A stretch of 64,000 nt of DNA, from contig OZ024741.1 of NCBI GenBank assembly GCA_964016885.1, positions 343,480,001-343,544,000 of the forward strand, written 5' to 3'. The translations under genes and the position numbers were made by a program. Source of the stretch: Eledone cirrhosa (taxonomy: Eukaryota). Of this stretch, positions 24,701 to 38,161 are shown in pieces; position 1 is the stretch's first letter; each line of letters starts with the position of its first letter. Below the pieces are notes generated by a model. It made no database searches, had not been told where the DNA came from, and saw nothing but the letters and a program-made list of their open reading frames with translations.

Positions 24701-27245
24701 ATGGATAATCTCCCATTCCCTTCGACTCGTGTTGGGTTTGGGTTTCGGTTGCGGGAGGTCATGGTATGGGAAAGTTGCTATATGGTCACAAAATTTGTCC
24801 AGAACTCTGTTTCTACCTTTTGTTGGGTTGTAGCTGCTTTTATTCCGTGCAATTGATTGGTCGTTATTCTCCATGTCAAAAAAGTCCTCTGTGAGACGTA
24901 ATTTTCTGCAGAAATGTTAAATATCGTCATTTATCTCATTGAGGGTAGATATTGTAGTGTTACTATGAATTTCAGTCCTTTGGAGAGAATTTTGATTTGT
25001 TGGGCTGAGAAGTTTGTATTCGAAAGGTTGATTATTTTCGGTTTTTCAAAATCGGTTTGTGCCACCGGGTGCCGTGGGTCCTGTAACCTTGGTCTAAAAA
25101 ATGATTTTTCTGAATAGTTTTTTCATGGGTATTATTATATCTAATGGCATTTCCCCTGTTGTTGTGTGATCTTGTATAGAAGTTTCGGACGTATTGAGGT
25201 TCGGTTTGTTGATGGTTCGAGTTGTAGATTTTGTTCCTTTGTGTGGGTTGGAATCTACGATTTTGGAACAGGTTCTGTGTGGGTTGGGATCTACGATTTT
25301 GGAACAGGTTCTGTGTGGATTGGGGGTCTACGGTTTTGGAATAGGTTTTGTGTTGGTTGTGATCTGCCGATCGGGTCCTGTCTTGTGTTGGGGGACATTC
25401 GGTTTTTGTTGGGGGACATTCGGTTATAGTTTTGTCTATGGGTTCTGGGATTATCGTCATAGTTTTGCTGGGGGTATGTTGGACATTTTGTTACTTTTTT
25501 TTGTTATTTGTTGTGCGTGTAGTGTGTGAGTGTTAGTTTGTTTTAAAAATGGGTTACCTGTATGTTGTTCATTTTTGAAATCCATTTAGTAGTTGTTGAA
25601 CCAGGTGGCATTTTTCCCCCATCGCTGTAGGGATGTTAGTTCTTCATACTCACAATCTTCCTTCCAAAGTTTTAAGGTTTTTTTCATAGAGTAGGCCTTC
25701 AGAATGCCTTGAGATTTCTGTTTCCATCTGTTGTTTGAGTGACTTGAATTTTTCTTCGTTGGAGTTGGCTCTTAACCGCAACAGTTCTATTTCTATTTTA
25801 AACTTTTCTAACGCCATCTTTTCCCTAAGTTTTTGTTAGTTTTCTGGTTCATTCGGGATGGGTTTTATTTGGAGTTTTTTTGGGAGGATGATTGGGGTAT
25901 ATGTCTGCCTTGCAATTATTTTTTAGGAGATTCCAAAAGGCGAATTTGCGGGCTGTGAGCTTTTGAGTCCATATATTGATTAGGGTGTTTTACACCGAGT
26001 GGACATCTCGTAGATTGGGTTCTAATGGTTGTTCCAGCTTTGGGAGCATTGCTGTTTCAATGGTTTCGATAAGTTTAGTTAATGTTGGAGTAATATTCGT
26101 CTCTTGGGTATTTCCTGCTTCTTCATTGGGTCCTTTTTTTATAGATATGTATTTGGTCCACTTTGTTGGTCAAAATTAAAAGTTTAGAGTAAAATTCTTT
26201 GAGTTCATTTAAGATGTCATGGTTCAGTGAGTTGTCGTTTTGTTGAGACTGTGGTGGCATTTTCGGTCTTCGTGTGGTGGGTATGTATTAGAAAGTGAGG
26301 TTTTTTTTACAAAATGAAAAATAACCGAGGTGTCCTACACAAGTGAAAGTATAAGGAAAAAAGATGAAATCGAAAATGCAACTGGAGTCATTTTTTTAAA
26401 AATATATATTTATTTAGTTCTTTTACCGGTTTCGCAGTTCTTCTGCTTTTCAAAAGTAGAATTGAGATGGAGGGTTTGTGGCTTTTCTCACATCTGGTTG
26501 GTCTTTGAATGTTACTTCTGTTTTATATGGAAAAAAGTGGCTCGAAATGCCAGGTTTTTAGAGAAGTAATTTGGTTGGTTGGTGAATAAGTATAATAAAT
26601 TTCGCGCCAGTTCGCGTTACAAAGTTTTTATTGTATTTGCCTTCAAACAAAGAGGAGGGGGGGGGGGGGGGGGCGCAGGTTGTTTTTTCATATATGAGTG
26701 AAGTTTGGTTGCTTGATGCAGTCACGTGAATAAGCACATCAGCTTCCAGTGTGTGTCTGAATTTCTTTTTACTTAAAAAAGGTGGCTCAAGAAGGCTTTT
26801 TTAAAATAAATGTAATTTGATTGGTTATAAATGAAATATTGACTGTCCCGTGAGCAAGTACATTAAATTTCGCGTCCGTATTTTGTAATTTTTTTATAGC
26901 TATTTAGAGAATTTTGTGGCAAACAAAATATAATGGTCAAGAAAAAGGGATGGAGAGAGTTGTTCTGAGTATGACTGAAGTGCTGAAATGTAATTTGATT
27001 GGTTATAAATGAAATTATGACTGTCACGTGAACAAGTACATTAAATTTCGCGCCCGTATTTGGGAATTTATTTTGTAGCCTTTTAGAGAATTTGTGCCAA
27101 ACAAAAGATAATGGTCAAGAAAATGGGACGGGGAGAATTTTTCTGGATCAGTGAATATGGCTGGTGCGCTGGGGTGTCAGAATTCAGACTTTTTATTGAA
27201 GTAAAGAAAGTAGAGATATGTATGTTTGTGTGGTTGTGTGTGTAT
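21796..27245 (-). mobile_element. Neptune-type Penelope-like element with direct pLTRs and a disrupted ORF
   Basis: RT motifs IIKEADKGS, YKQISGTAMGT..APTYANL-like and WKRYLDD. Cys linker KCGRSNCGTC. GIY-YIG region CKGCNEDYIGQT..RMTVHRQH. Direct repeats at 21796-22450 and 26428-27240. Confidence 0.9.
26418..26460 (-). ncRNA. Minimal HHR in the Neptune pLTR, U3-A8 core variant
   Basis: Minus strand: TTGAAAA-GCAG(aagaa)CTGC-GAAA-CCGG-TA. Stem I is short and imperfect. Confidence 0.7.
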
Positions 27246-27260
27246 ATATATATATATATA

Positions 27261-27640
27261 GGCAGAATTCTAGGAGAAGGAAAACTCTGATATAACACCT
27301 GCAACCCTGATGGTATCCAATGATGTTGACTTGTTCTTCTTTTTGGTAAATATCATCTTGGTTAAGAAAGTGGGACTGGCTTTGTGCAGTGCCTTTGCTC
27401 ACTATAAAAGCTTCACGGCACAGGCATTGCTTTGTATCTGGAGATCTCTCTGCACTTGTCCTCACATGGTACCATGGGCCCAGCACTATGTGTCAATAAT
27501 TGTCACAGGTGTAGTGTTTGTACCAGAGTTTTCAAGTCGCTGGCTGGACTAAAAAGTCACACTCGTTCAGCGCTTCGGTAGGGGTTCTCCTACATGGATA
27601 TAAAGTAGTGGCCGTACTCGAAAACGAGTTGGCAGCCACC
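27261..27640 (+). mobile_element. Bipartite RTE-derived element copy
   Basis: Reverse complement of 18073-18460, followed by an expanded (TATG)n tail. Confidence 0.75.
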
Positions 27641-27837
27641 ATATGTATGTATATGTATATATGTATGTATATGTATATGTGTATGTATGTGTATGTATAT
27701 ATATGTATATGTGTATGTATATGTATGTATATATGTGTGTATATGTATGTATGTATATGTATATGTATATGTATGTATGTATATGTATGTATGTATGTAT
27801 GTGTATATGTATGTATATATATATGTATATGTATATG

Positions 27838-27868
<31 letters not shown>

Positions 27869-27917
27869 GTATATGTATGTATATGTATATGTATGTATGT
27901 GTATGTGTATGTATGTG

Positions 27918-27949
<32 letters not shown>

Positions 27950-27993
27950 TGTATATATGTATGTATGTATATGTATGTGTGTATGTATGTATG

Positions 27994-28024
<31 letters not shown>

Positions 28025-28088
28025 ATATGTATGTATGTGTATATGTATGTATGTGTATATGTATGTATATGTATATGTATATATATAT

Positions 28089-28351
28089 GCTGCTTTGTGC
28101 AGTGCCTTTGCTCACTATAAAAGCTTCACAGCACAGGCATTGCTTTATATCTGGAGATCTCTCTGCACTGGTCGTCACATGGTACCATGGGCCCAGCACT
28201 ATGTGTCAATAATTGTCACAAGTGTAGTGTTTGTACCAGAGTTTTCAAGTCGCTGGCTGGACTAAAAAGTCACATTCGTTCAGCGCATTGGTAGGGGTTC
28301 TCCTACATGGATATAAAGTAGTGGCCGTACTCGAAAACGAGTTGGCAGCCA

Positions 28352-28352
<1 letters not shown>
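28089..28352 (+). mobile_element. Bipartite RTE-derived element, 3' part
   Basis: Near-identical to 27380-27640. Confidence 0.75.
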
Positions 28353-29021
<669 letters not shown>

Positions 29022-29027
<6 letters not shown>

Positions 29028-29410
29028 TTAGTAAAAGGAAAAGAAAATGCTGACAAATTTTTCCCAGGGAAAAAAAGTTTAATTAGGAATAATAAGTATT
29101 GGTTAGTATTCAATTTTAGTTTTAAGTTTTTACCGGTTGCGCATTTCTAATGCTTTTCAAACATAATTTTGAGATAGAGCGCTCGTGATGTTTGCTCTAA
29201 TCTGATTAGAGCAAACAGATTAGAGCACACATCACGAGCGCTCTATCTCAAAATTATTTTTGAAAAGCATTAGAAATGCGCAACCGGTAAAAGCTTAAAA
29301 CTAAAACTGAATACTAACCAATACTTATTACTAATTTATACTTATTCCTAATTAAAATATTTTTCACTGGGAAAAATTTGTCAGCATTTCTTTTCCTTTT
29401 ACTAATATAT
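29022..29410. repeat. Palindromic pLTR-like element with two variant HHR-like motifs
   Basis: Inverted arms of ~180 bp. TTGAAAA-GCAT(tagaa)ATGC-GCAA-CCGG-TA at 29260-29289, mirrored at ~29131-29160. Confidence 0.75.
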
Positions 29411-29528
29411 CCCAACTCGTGTGTTATACCTCTATTTTTATATATATATATATATATATATAAGGATAACTTGAACCGTTAAGGTATATTTCTCCTTGGT
29501 TATGTCAACATTAATAAAACACACTTCG

Positions 29529-29588
29529 TATTTTATCTGATGATAGCGTACCAAATGTTGGTACCCTTGAAATATATATAATAGAATA
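29529..29588 (+). ncRNA. Type-I HHR (inverted partner at 30629-30691)
   Basis: TATTTTAT-CTGATGA..GTACCAA/TTGGTAC..GAAA-TATATA-TA-ATAGAATA. Confidence 0.8.
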
Positions 29589-29619
29589 AATATGGTTTTA
29601 TAAATATAAGTTTTGGAGA

Positions 29620-29790
29620 ATTCTAAAAATTCTCCAAAGCTTGAAAACTCCTACAACTTGTCTAAACTCTAAGACCGAGATATTTAGATGTTGTCCGCAC
29701 CTGAAATCGCATCTACTTTTTAACTGGATTAACATACCAGTTTTACTCCACTTTGTCCTTACTTACCCACTAAGTTTTTAAGCCTACTCA
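29620..29790 (+). mobile_element. Naiad-type ORF C-terminal fragment
   Basis: TCLNSKTEIFRCCPHLKSHLLFNWI is nearly identical to the end of ORF 39101..39445. Confidence 0.8.
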
Positions 29791-29899
29791 CATTAGGTTA
29801 TATGTGGGCTCATATGCACACAGGCTTATGTGTACTTACATATATACGTGTTTTTATTTATATGTATGTGTGTGTGTGATATATATATATATGTATATA

Positions 29900-29938
<39 letters not shown>

Positions 29939-30510
29939 TTATATATATATATATATGTATTTGTTTGTATATATATATATATGTATGCTTGTGCTTGTAT
30001 ATATGTTTATGTGTATATGAGTATATATGTGTTTATATGTGTGTATAGATTTACGTATATATTTATTTGTATGCGTGTGTTGATTTCTTATTGCGTGCGT
30101 GTGTGCGCACGCGTATGTTTACGTATGCACGTGGGTTATGTACCTTTGTGATTCATTTATCTAATTTATTGTAGTGTATGCATGTGGATGTGTGTGTATA
30201 TGTTTGTATATATATGTGTGTATATATACACATATAAATATACACATATATATACACATATATACGTGCGTGTGTTTGCATGTGTGTATAGGTATATATG
30301 CATGTATATGTGTATATGTGTACGTATATGTATATATATATATGTGTGTATATATCCTGTGTATTTGTTTATATTTAAGTTGTTTTTTAATTTATTTCTC
30401 TCGCCTGCCCCCTACACACTCACACCTACCTATCGTTGTCAACACGTCCCCCCTTTTTTTACTTTATTTTGTTTTTGATTTTTATCTTTACTTTCTTATA
30501 TATATATATA

Positions 30511-30589
<79 letters not shown>

Positions 30590-31592
30590 ATATTAAATAA
30601 ATGGAAACTATATTTATAAAACCATATTTATTCTATTACATATATTTCAAGGGTACCAAAAAACTTTGGTACGCTTTCATCAGATACAATACAAAGTGTG
30701 TTTTATAAATTTTGCCATAGCCAAGGAAACATACCTTATCAGTTGAATTTTCCTTGGATAGTGAATTTAAAGTACGGATTTTTCAAAATTATTAGGATGA
30801 GTATGCACATGAAAATGTAAATGAGGTTGAGTTATATGATTGAAAAACCGTTATTTTAAACGCTATGGAAAGTTTAGATATATTAGTAGAAGAGAAAGAA
30901 AGAAAGAAAAAAAAAAAGAAAAAGAAAAAAAAAAGAAAAAGAAAAAGAAAAAGAAAACCACTTATATACGTTAATTTTTGGAAAAAACTTTTTTGAATAC
31001 TTACCTACATTATGTATATATTTATATGGAGAATTATGTTTGTAAGTATTTATATTCTTACAATATTGTAATGGGTTAAATATATAAATATTATATATAT
31101 TTTAATAATATCATATGTATTATTATTAAAGAGATAATTTCCAATTATTAGTTGTTTATAATACGAGTTACGAAAGAAGTTGATTTTATGTTTTATGTAA
31201 ATAAATAAGTAGTTAAAATTATGAATTTATATATTTGAATATCTTGTTCGGCTTTGAGAATGTTTTAATTTAACGGAGTTAATTTATGTAATAATGTAAT
31301 AAGGTTATATAATTAAGAAAGGAAAGATAACTCCAATTTTGTTTGTTAATCGATAATTTTTTAAGAATTAGTGTGAGATTAATTAATTATTTATTCGAAA
31401 GAAGTGTGAAAGTTTAAAAATCGTCTTGAATAGGATACATTTTTCTAATGTCAGTTAATGGTTATTAAGCTACGTTTAAAAATAGCTTTAGAGGGTGTCA
31501 TTGTAAAAACATAATGTAAGAATTAAAGAATTAAAGAATTAAAAAATTAAAATTAAAATTATAGATATACATAAATATATATAAATATCTAT

Positions 31593-31640
<48 letters not shown>

Positions 31641-31646
<6 letters not shown>

Positions 31647-34600
31647 ATAAATGCTCTGAAATAGCGATATATATGTGAATATAGACATAGAATATTCGAA
31701 AATATTCTGTATGTTTATAATAAACATTTTGAAGACCTAATCGCTATAGAATAATACGTCACGTATTACAATTAGATTCTCGACAAAAGCAAGGGAAGTA
31801 ATCTACGCGTTTCATTCTTGTTAGAAATCATCAGGACTACATATCCAGTGCTTTTATCGAGAATGACACAGCTAGAGACTTATAGAATACTTAGCTGTGT
31901 ACAGGAACTGGTTTGAAAGAGCGGTTGCCGGTCCGGCAGAAATTAGAAATTGGAATAAATGCTCTGAAATAGCGATATATATGTGAATATAGACATAGAA
32001 TATTCGAAAATATTCTGTATGTTTATAATAAACATTTTGAAGACCTAATCGCTATAGAATAATACGTCACGTATTACAATTAGATTCTCGACAAAAGCAA
32101 GGGAAGTAATCTACGCGTTTCATTCTTGTTAGAAATCATCAGGACTACATATCCAGTGCTTTTATCGAGAATGACACAGCTAGAGACTTATAGAATACTT
32201 AGCTGTGTACAGGAACTGGTTTGAAAGAGCGGTTGCCGGTCCGGCAGAAATTAGAAATTGGAATAAATGCTCTGAAATAGCGATATATATGTGAATATAG
32301 ACATAGAATATTCGAAAATATTCTGTATGTTTATAATAAACATTTTGAAGACCTAATCGCTATAGAATAATACGTCACGTATTACAATTAGATTCTCGAC
32401 AAAAGCAAGGGAAGTAATCTACGCGTTTCATTCTTGTTAGAAATCATCAGGACTACATATCCAGTGCTTTTATCGAGAATGACACAGCTAGAGACTTATA
32501 GAATACTTAGCTGTGTACAGGAACTGGTTTGAAAGAGCGGTTGCCGGTCCGGCAGAAATTAGAAATTGGAATAAATGCTCTGAAATAGCGATATATATGT
32601 GAATATAGACATAGAATATTCGAAAATATTCTGTATGTTTATAATAAACGTTTTGAAGACCTAATCGCTATAGAATAATACGTCACGTATTACAATTAGA
32701 TTCTCGACAAAAGCAAGGGAAGTAATCTACGCGTTTCATTCTTGTTAGAAATCATCAGGACTACATATCCAGTGCTTTTATCGAGAATGACACAGCTAGA
32801 GACTTATAGAATACTTAGCTGTGTACAGGAACTGGTTTGAAAGAGCGGTTGCCGGTCCGGCAGAAATTAGAAATTGGAATAAATGCTCTGAAATAGCGAT
32901 ATATATGTGAATATAGACATAGAATATTCGAAAATATTCTGTATGTTTATAATAAACATTTTGAAGACCTAATCGCTATAGAATAATACGTCACGTATTA
33001 CAATTAGATTCTCGACAAAAGCAAGGGAAGTAATCTACGCGTTTCATTCTTGTTAGAAATCATCAGGACTACATATCCAGTGCTTTTATCGAGAATGACA
33101 CAGCTAGAGACTTATAGAATACTTAGCTGTGTACAGGAACTGGTTTGAAAGAGCGGTTGCCGGTCCGGCAGAAATTAGAATTTTCGAATATTCTATGTCT
33201 ATATTCACATATATATCGCTATTTCAGAGCATTTATTCCAATTTCTAATTTCTGCCGGACCGGCAACCGCTCTTTCAAACCAGTTCCTGTACACAGCTAA
33301 GTATTCTATAAGTCTCTAGCTGTGTCATTCTCGATAAAAGCACTGGATATGTAGTCCTGATGATTTCTAACAAGAATGAAACGCGTAGATTACTTCCCTT
33401 GCTTTTGTCGAGAATCTAATTGTAATACGTGACGTATTATTCTATAGCGATTAGGTCTTCAAAATGTTTATTATAAACATACAGAATATTTTCGAATATT
33501 CTATGTCTATATTCACATATATATCGCTATTTCAGAGCATTTATTCCAATTTCTAATTTCTGCCGGACCGGCAACCGCTCTTTCAAACCAGTTCCTGTAC
33601 ACAGCTAAGTATTCTATAAGTCTCTAGCTGTGTCATTCTCGATAAAAGCACTGGATATGTAGTCCTGATGATTTCTAACAAGAATGAAACGCGTAGATTA
33701 CTTCCCTTGCTTTTGTCGAGAATCTAATTGTAATACGTGACGTATTATTCTATAGCGATTAGGTCTTCAAAATGTTTATTATAAACATACAGAATATTTT
33801 CGAATATTCTATGTCTATATTCACATATATATCGCTATTTCAGAGCATTTATTCCAATTTCTAATTTCTGCCGGACCGGCAACCGCTCTTTCAAACCAGT
33901 TCCTGTACACAGCTAAGTATTCTATAAGTCTCTAGCTGTGTCATTCTCGATAAAAGCACTGGATATGTAGTCCTGATGATTTCTAACAAGAATGAAACGC
34001 GTAGATTACTTCCCTTGCTTTTGTCGAGAATCTAATTGTAATACGTGACGTATTATTCTATAGCGATTAGGTCTTCAAAATGTTTATTATAAACATACAG
34101 AATATTTTCGAATATTCTATGTCTATATTCACATATATATCGCTATTTCAGAGCATTTATTCCAATTTCTAATTTCTGCCGGACCGGCAACCGCTCTTTC
34201 AAACCAGTTCCTGTACACAGCTAAGTATTCTATAAGTCTCTAGCTGTGTCATTCTCGATAAAAGCACTGGATATGTAGTCCTGATGATTTCTAACAAGAA
34301 TGAAACGCGTAGATTACTTCCCTTGCTTTTGTCGAGAATCTAATTGTAATACGTGACGTATTATTCTATAGCGATTAGGTCTTCAAAATGTTTATTATAA
34401 ACATACAGAATATTTTCGAATATTCTATGTCTATATTCACATATATATCGCTATTTCAGAGCATTTATTCCAATTTCTAATTTCTGCCGGACCGGCAACC
34501 GCTCTTTCAAACCAGTTCCTGTACACAGCTAAGTATTCTATAAGTCTCTAGCTGTGTCATTCTCGATAAAAGCACTGGATATGTAGTCCTGATGATTTCT

Positions 34601-35977
34601 AACAAGAATGAAACGCGTAGATTACTTCCCTTGCTTTTGTCGAGAATCTAATTGTAATACGTGACGTATTATTCTATAGCGATTAGGTCTTCAAAATGTT
34701 TATTATAAACATACAGAATATTTTCGAATATTCTATGTCTATATTCACATATATATCGCTATTTCAGAGCATTTATTCCAATTTCTAATTTCTGCCGGAC
34801 CGGCAACCGCTCTTTCAAACCAGTTCCTGTACACAGCTAAGTATTCTATAAGTCTCTAGCTGTGTCATTCTCGATAAAAGCACTGGATATGTAGTCCTGA
34901 TGATTTCTAACAAGAATGAAACGCGTAGATTACTTCCCTTGCTTTTGTCGAGAATCTAATTGTAATACGTGACGTATTATTCTATAGCGATTAGGTCTTC
35001 AAAATGTTTATTATAAACATACAGAATATTTTCGAATATTCTATGTCTATATTCACATATATATCGCTATTTCAGAGCATTTATTCCAATTTCTAATTTC
35101 TGCCGGACCGGCAACCGCTCTTTCAAACCAGTTCCTGTACACAGCTAAGTATTCTATAAGTCTCTAGCTGTGTCATTCTCGATAAAAGCACTGGATATGT
35201 AGTCCTGATGATTTCTAACAAGAATGAAACGCGTAGATTACTTCCCTTGCTTTTGTCGAGAATCTAATTGTAATACGTGACGTATTATTCTATAGCGATT
35301 AGGTCTTCAAAATGTTTATTATAAACATACAGAATATTTTCGAATATTCTATGTCTATATTCACATATATATCGCTATTTCAGAGCATTTATTCCAATTT
35401 CTAATTTCTGCCGGACCGGCAACCGCTCTTTCAAACCAGTTCCTGTACACAGCTAAGTATTCTATAAGTCTCTAGCTGTGTCATTCTCGATAAAAGCACT
35501 GGATATGTAGTCCTGATGATTTCTAACAAGAATGAAACGCGTAGATTACTTCCCTTGCTTTTGTCGAGAATCTAATTGTAATACGTGACGTATTATTCTA
35601 TAGCGATTAGGTCTTCAAAATGTTTATTATAAACATACAGAATATTTTCGAATATTCTATGTCTATATTCACATATATATCGCTATTTCAGAGCATTTAT
35701 TCCAATTTCTAATTTCTGCCGGACCGGCAACCGCTCTTTCAAACCAGTTCCTGTACACAGCTAAGTATTCTATAAGTCTCTAGCTGTGTCATTCTCGATA
35801 AAAGCACTGGATATGTAGTCCTGATGATTTCTAACAAGAATGAAACGCGTAGATTACTTCCCTTGCTTTTGTCGAGAATCTAATTGTAATACGTGACGTA
35901 TTATTCTATAGCGATTAGGTCTTCAAAATGTTTATTATAAACATACAGAATATTTTCGAATATTCTATGTCTATATT

Positions 35978-35988
<11 letters not shown>
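31641..35988. mobile_element. Head-to-head tandem array of 308-bp HHR-bearing units (non-LTR retrozyme-like), 5 minus and 9.1 plus
   Basis: Period 308 (31642, 31950, 32258...; 33181, 33489...35953). Polarity switches at 33180/33181. Each unit has GTAGTC-CTGATGA-tTTC(taacaa)GAAt-GAAA-CGCG-TA-GATTAC (e.g. 33351-33393). Flanked by (TA)n. Confidence 0.92.
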
Positions 35989-36059
<71 letters not shown>

Positions 36060-36482
36060 ATATTATACTCTTGATTTGGCCTGAGATGAATATTTCCAGA
36101 TACCTTTTAAGTGTAACTTTCCGTATTTATTATTACTATGAAATATTGATTGTTGATATGGTATTATATATCTCTGTTTTTAGCCTAAGAAAATACCTAT
36201 ATGCGTGTATAAATAATACATGCATATATTTATTTTTTAAAAATCTAATTGAGTTCTCCACACGCAAGGTTAAAATTATTGAAAAAATTAATTGACCCGC
36301 ATGCATATTATTTTATTATGTTTCGCGATGACCTCCCCTTTCCGCTTGATGACAGTGTGAAATTTCTCATTCTGAGACTGCTAGAATTTCAAATTTGGCG
36401 GTCATTCAGATACGGAGAGGGAACATCGTAAGACATGGAATATCGGTAAGAAAGTTTTTTTTATATCGATGTTTGACGGGCA

Positions 36483-36603
36483 TCCACTGATGATTTATAA
36501 GTGCCCACCTGCATATATTCCTACTGACTATGTGCAGGCTTCTAGATAACCTGGACACATTTTCCCAACTTGTAGAAAACTTATGATGAAACAATTGTTT
36601 GGA
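36483..36603 (+). ncRNA. HHR with a long branched stem II
   Basis: TCCA-CTGATGA-tTTATAAGT..ACTTATGAt-GAAA-CAATTG-TT-TGGA, with an internal hairpin CCTGCATATA/TATGTGCAGG. Confidence 0.7.
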
Positions 36604-36783
36604 AAGGGAGATGTATTTTAATTATGTCTCATATAAAATAATACAACTGGCTATCCGCAAAATACATATAGTTAGCAGCCCAAACGTAAAATTGGATTAT
36701 ACTAAGGTATATCCTAATGTTTGTTGAGTGAGATGGAAGCCAGTCAGAGTATAGCTTAAAGCTTTCTTTCTCTGTTAATGTAT

Positions 36784-36820
<37 letters not shown>

Positions 36821-37161
36821 TAGCGAGAATCGTATTTCGGCTTAGGAATTAACGAAAAACAACTTCTGAGATCTGTGGCAAGCTCTCAATGATTCAGATG
36901 AACCAGAGCTACAACATACGTTAAAGGCCAAACACACTGAGACGATGGTTAAACAATCATCCGCGCAGCCATAAAAACGACCAAGTAATTAAGGTCAAAC
37001 AAACAAAAATATGTGATTGAAAATTTACCCTAACCCCTGAATGGTTAGCAAAATCCAGCATTTGGGCTTCTGCGACTCCTAAATCAAGTACTGTCCGCTT
37101 CCACAAAAAATATTAGGCTACTGGTAAGATGATTGAACAAGGAAGTCGCTTTTTCAACAGG

Positions 37162-37221
<60 letters not shown>

Positions 37222-37457
37222 ATATATATATAGTTATGTAATAAACAACATAAGATAGTTATGTAATAAACAACATAAGATAATTATTTCATTTACCAGT
37301 GGTTTCTTGAAAGCAAGCAAAATTTGCTTTCAGTCATCGGAATGAAAAAATCCTGGTGTATTTATTGACAGTGGATTTTTAAAATAAAATTATAATCTAT
37401 ATAAAAGTGAGGCTGGAAAAGGGAGAAGGAAAGGAAAAAGAATAAATATAAAAGTAG

Positions 37458-37515
<58 letters not shown>

Positions 37516-37583
37516 ACATATACATACACATACATATATATATATATATATACATATATATATACATACACACATATATACAG

Positions 37584-37639
<56 letters not shown>

Positions 37640-37997
37640 CCATACATACACATAATTACACAAACACACACACACATATATATATATATATACGCACATA
37701 ATCATGCATATATACACACGTAGATACACACACATACATACACACATATATACACGCATACATACGCACACACATAAATAGACCTACATACGCACACACA
37801 CAATTAATTATAAGAAAAAATAAAAACAATGGACAACCATATAATGCAATAGGCCTTCACATAAAAATTATTATAAAGTTGACAGCTATACAGGAAAGGC
37901 CACAAATAAATAAACGAACACACGTGGTAAGCAATACACACATTTACACATACACATACATACATATAAATATATACATACACATACATACACACAC

Positions 37998-38060
<63 letters not shown>

Positions 38061-38072
38061 TATAAAATTTAT

Positions 38073-38161
<89 letters not shown>

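Noticed and set aside
31641-35988. CRISPR array or plain centromeric satellite
   Set aside because: There are no variable spacers. The HHR and homology to dispersed monomers favour a retrozyme-like origin.
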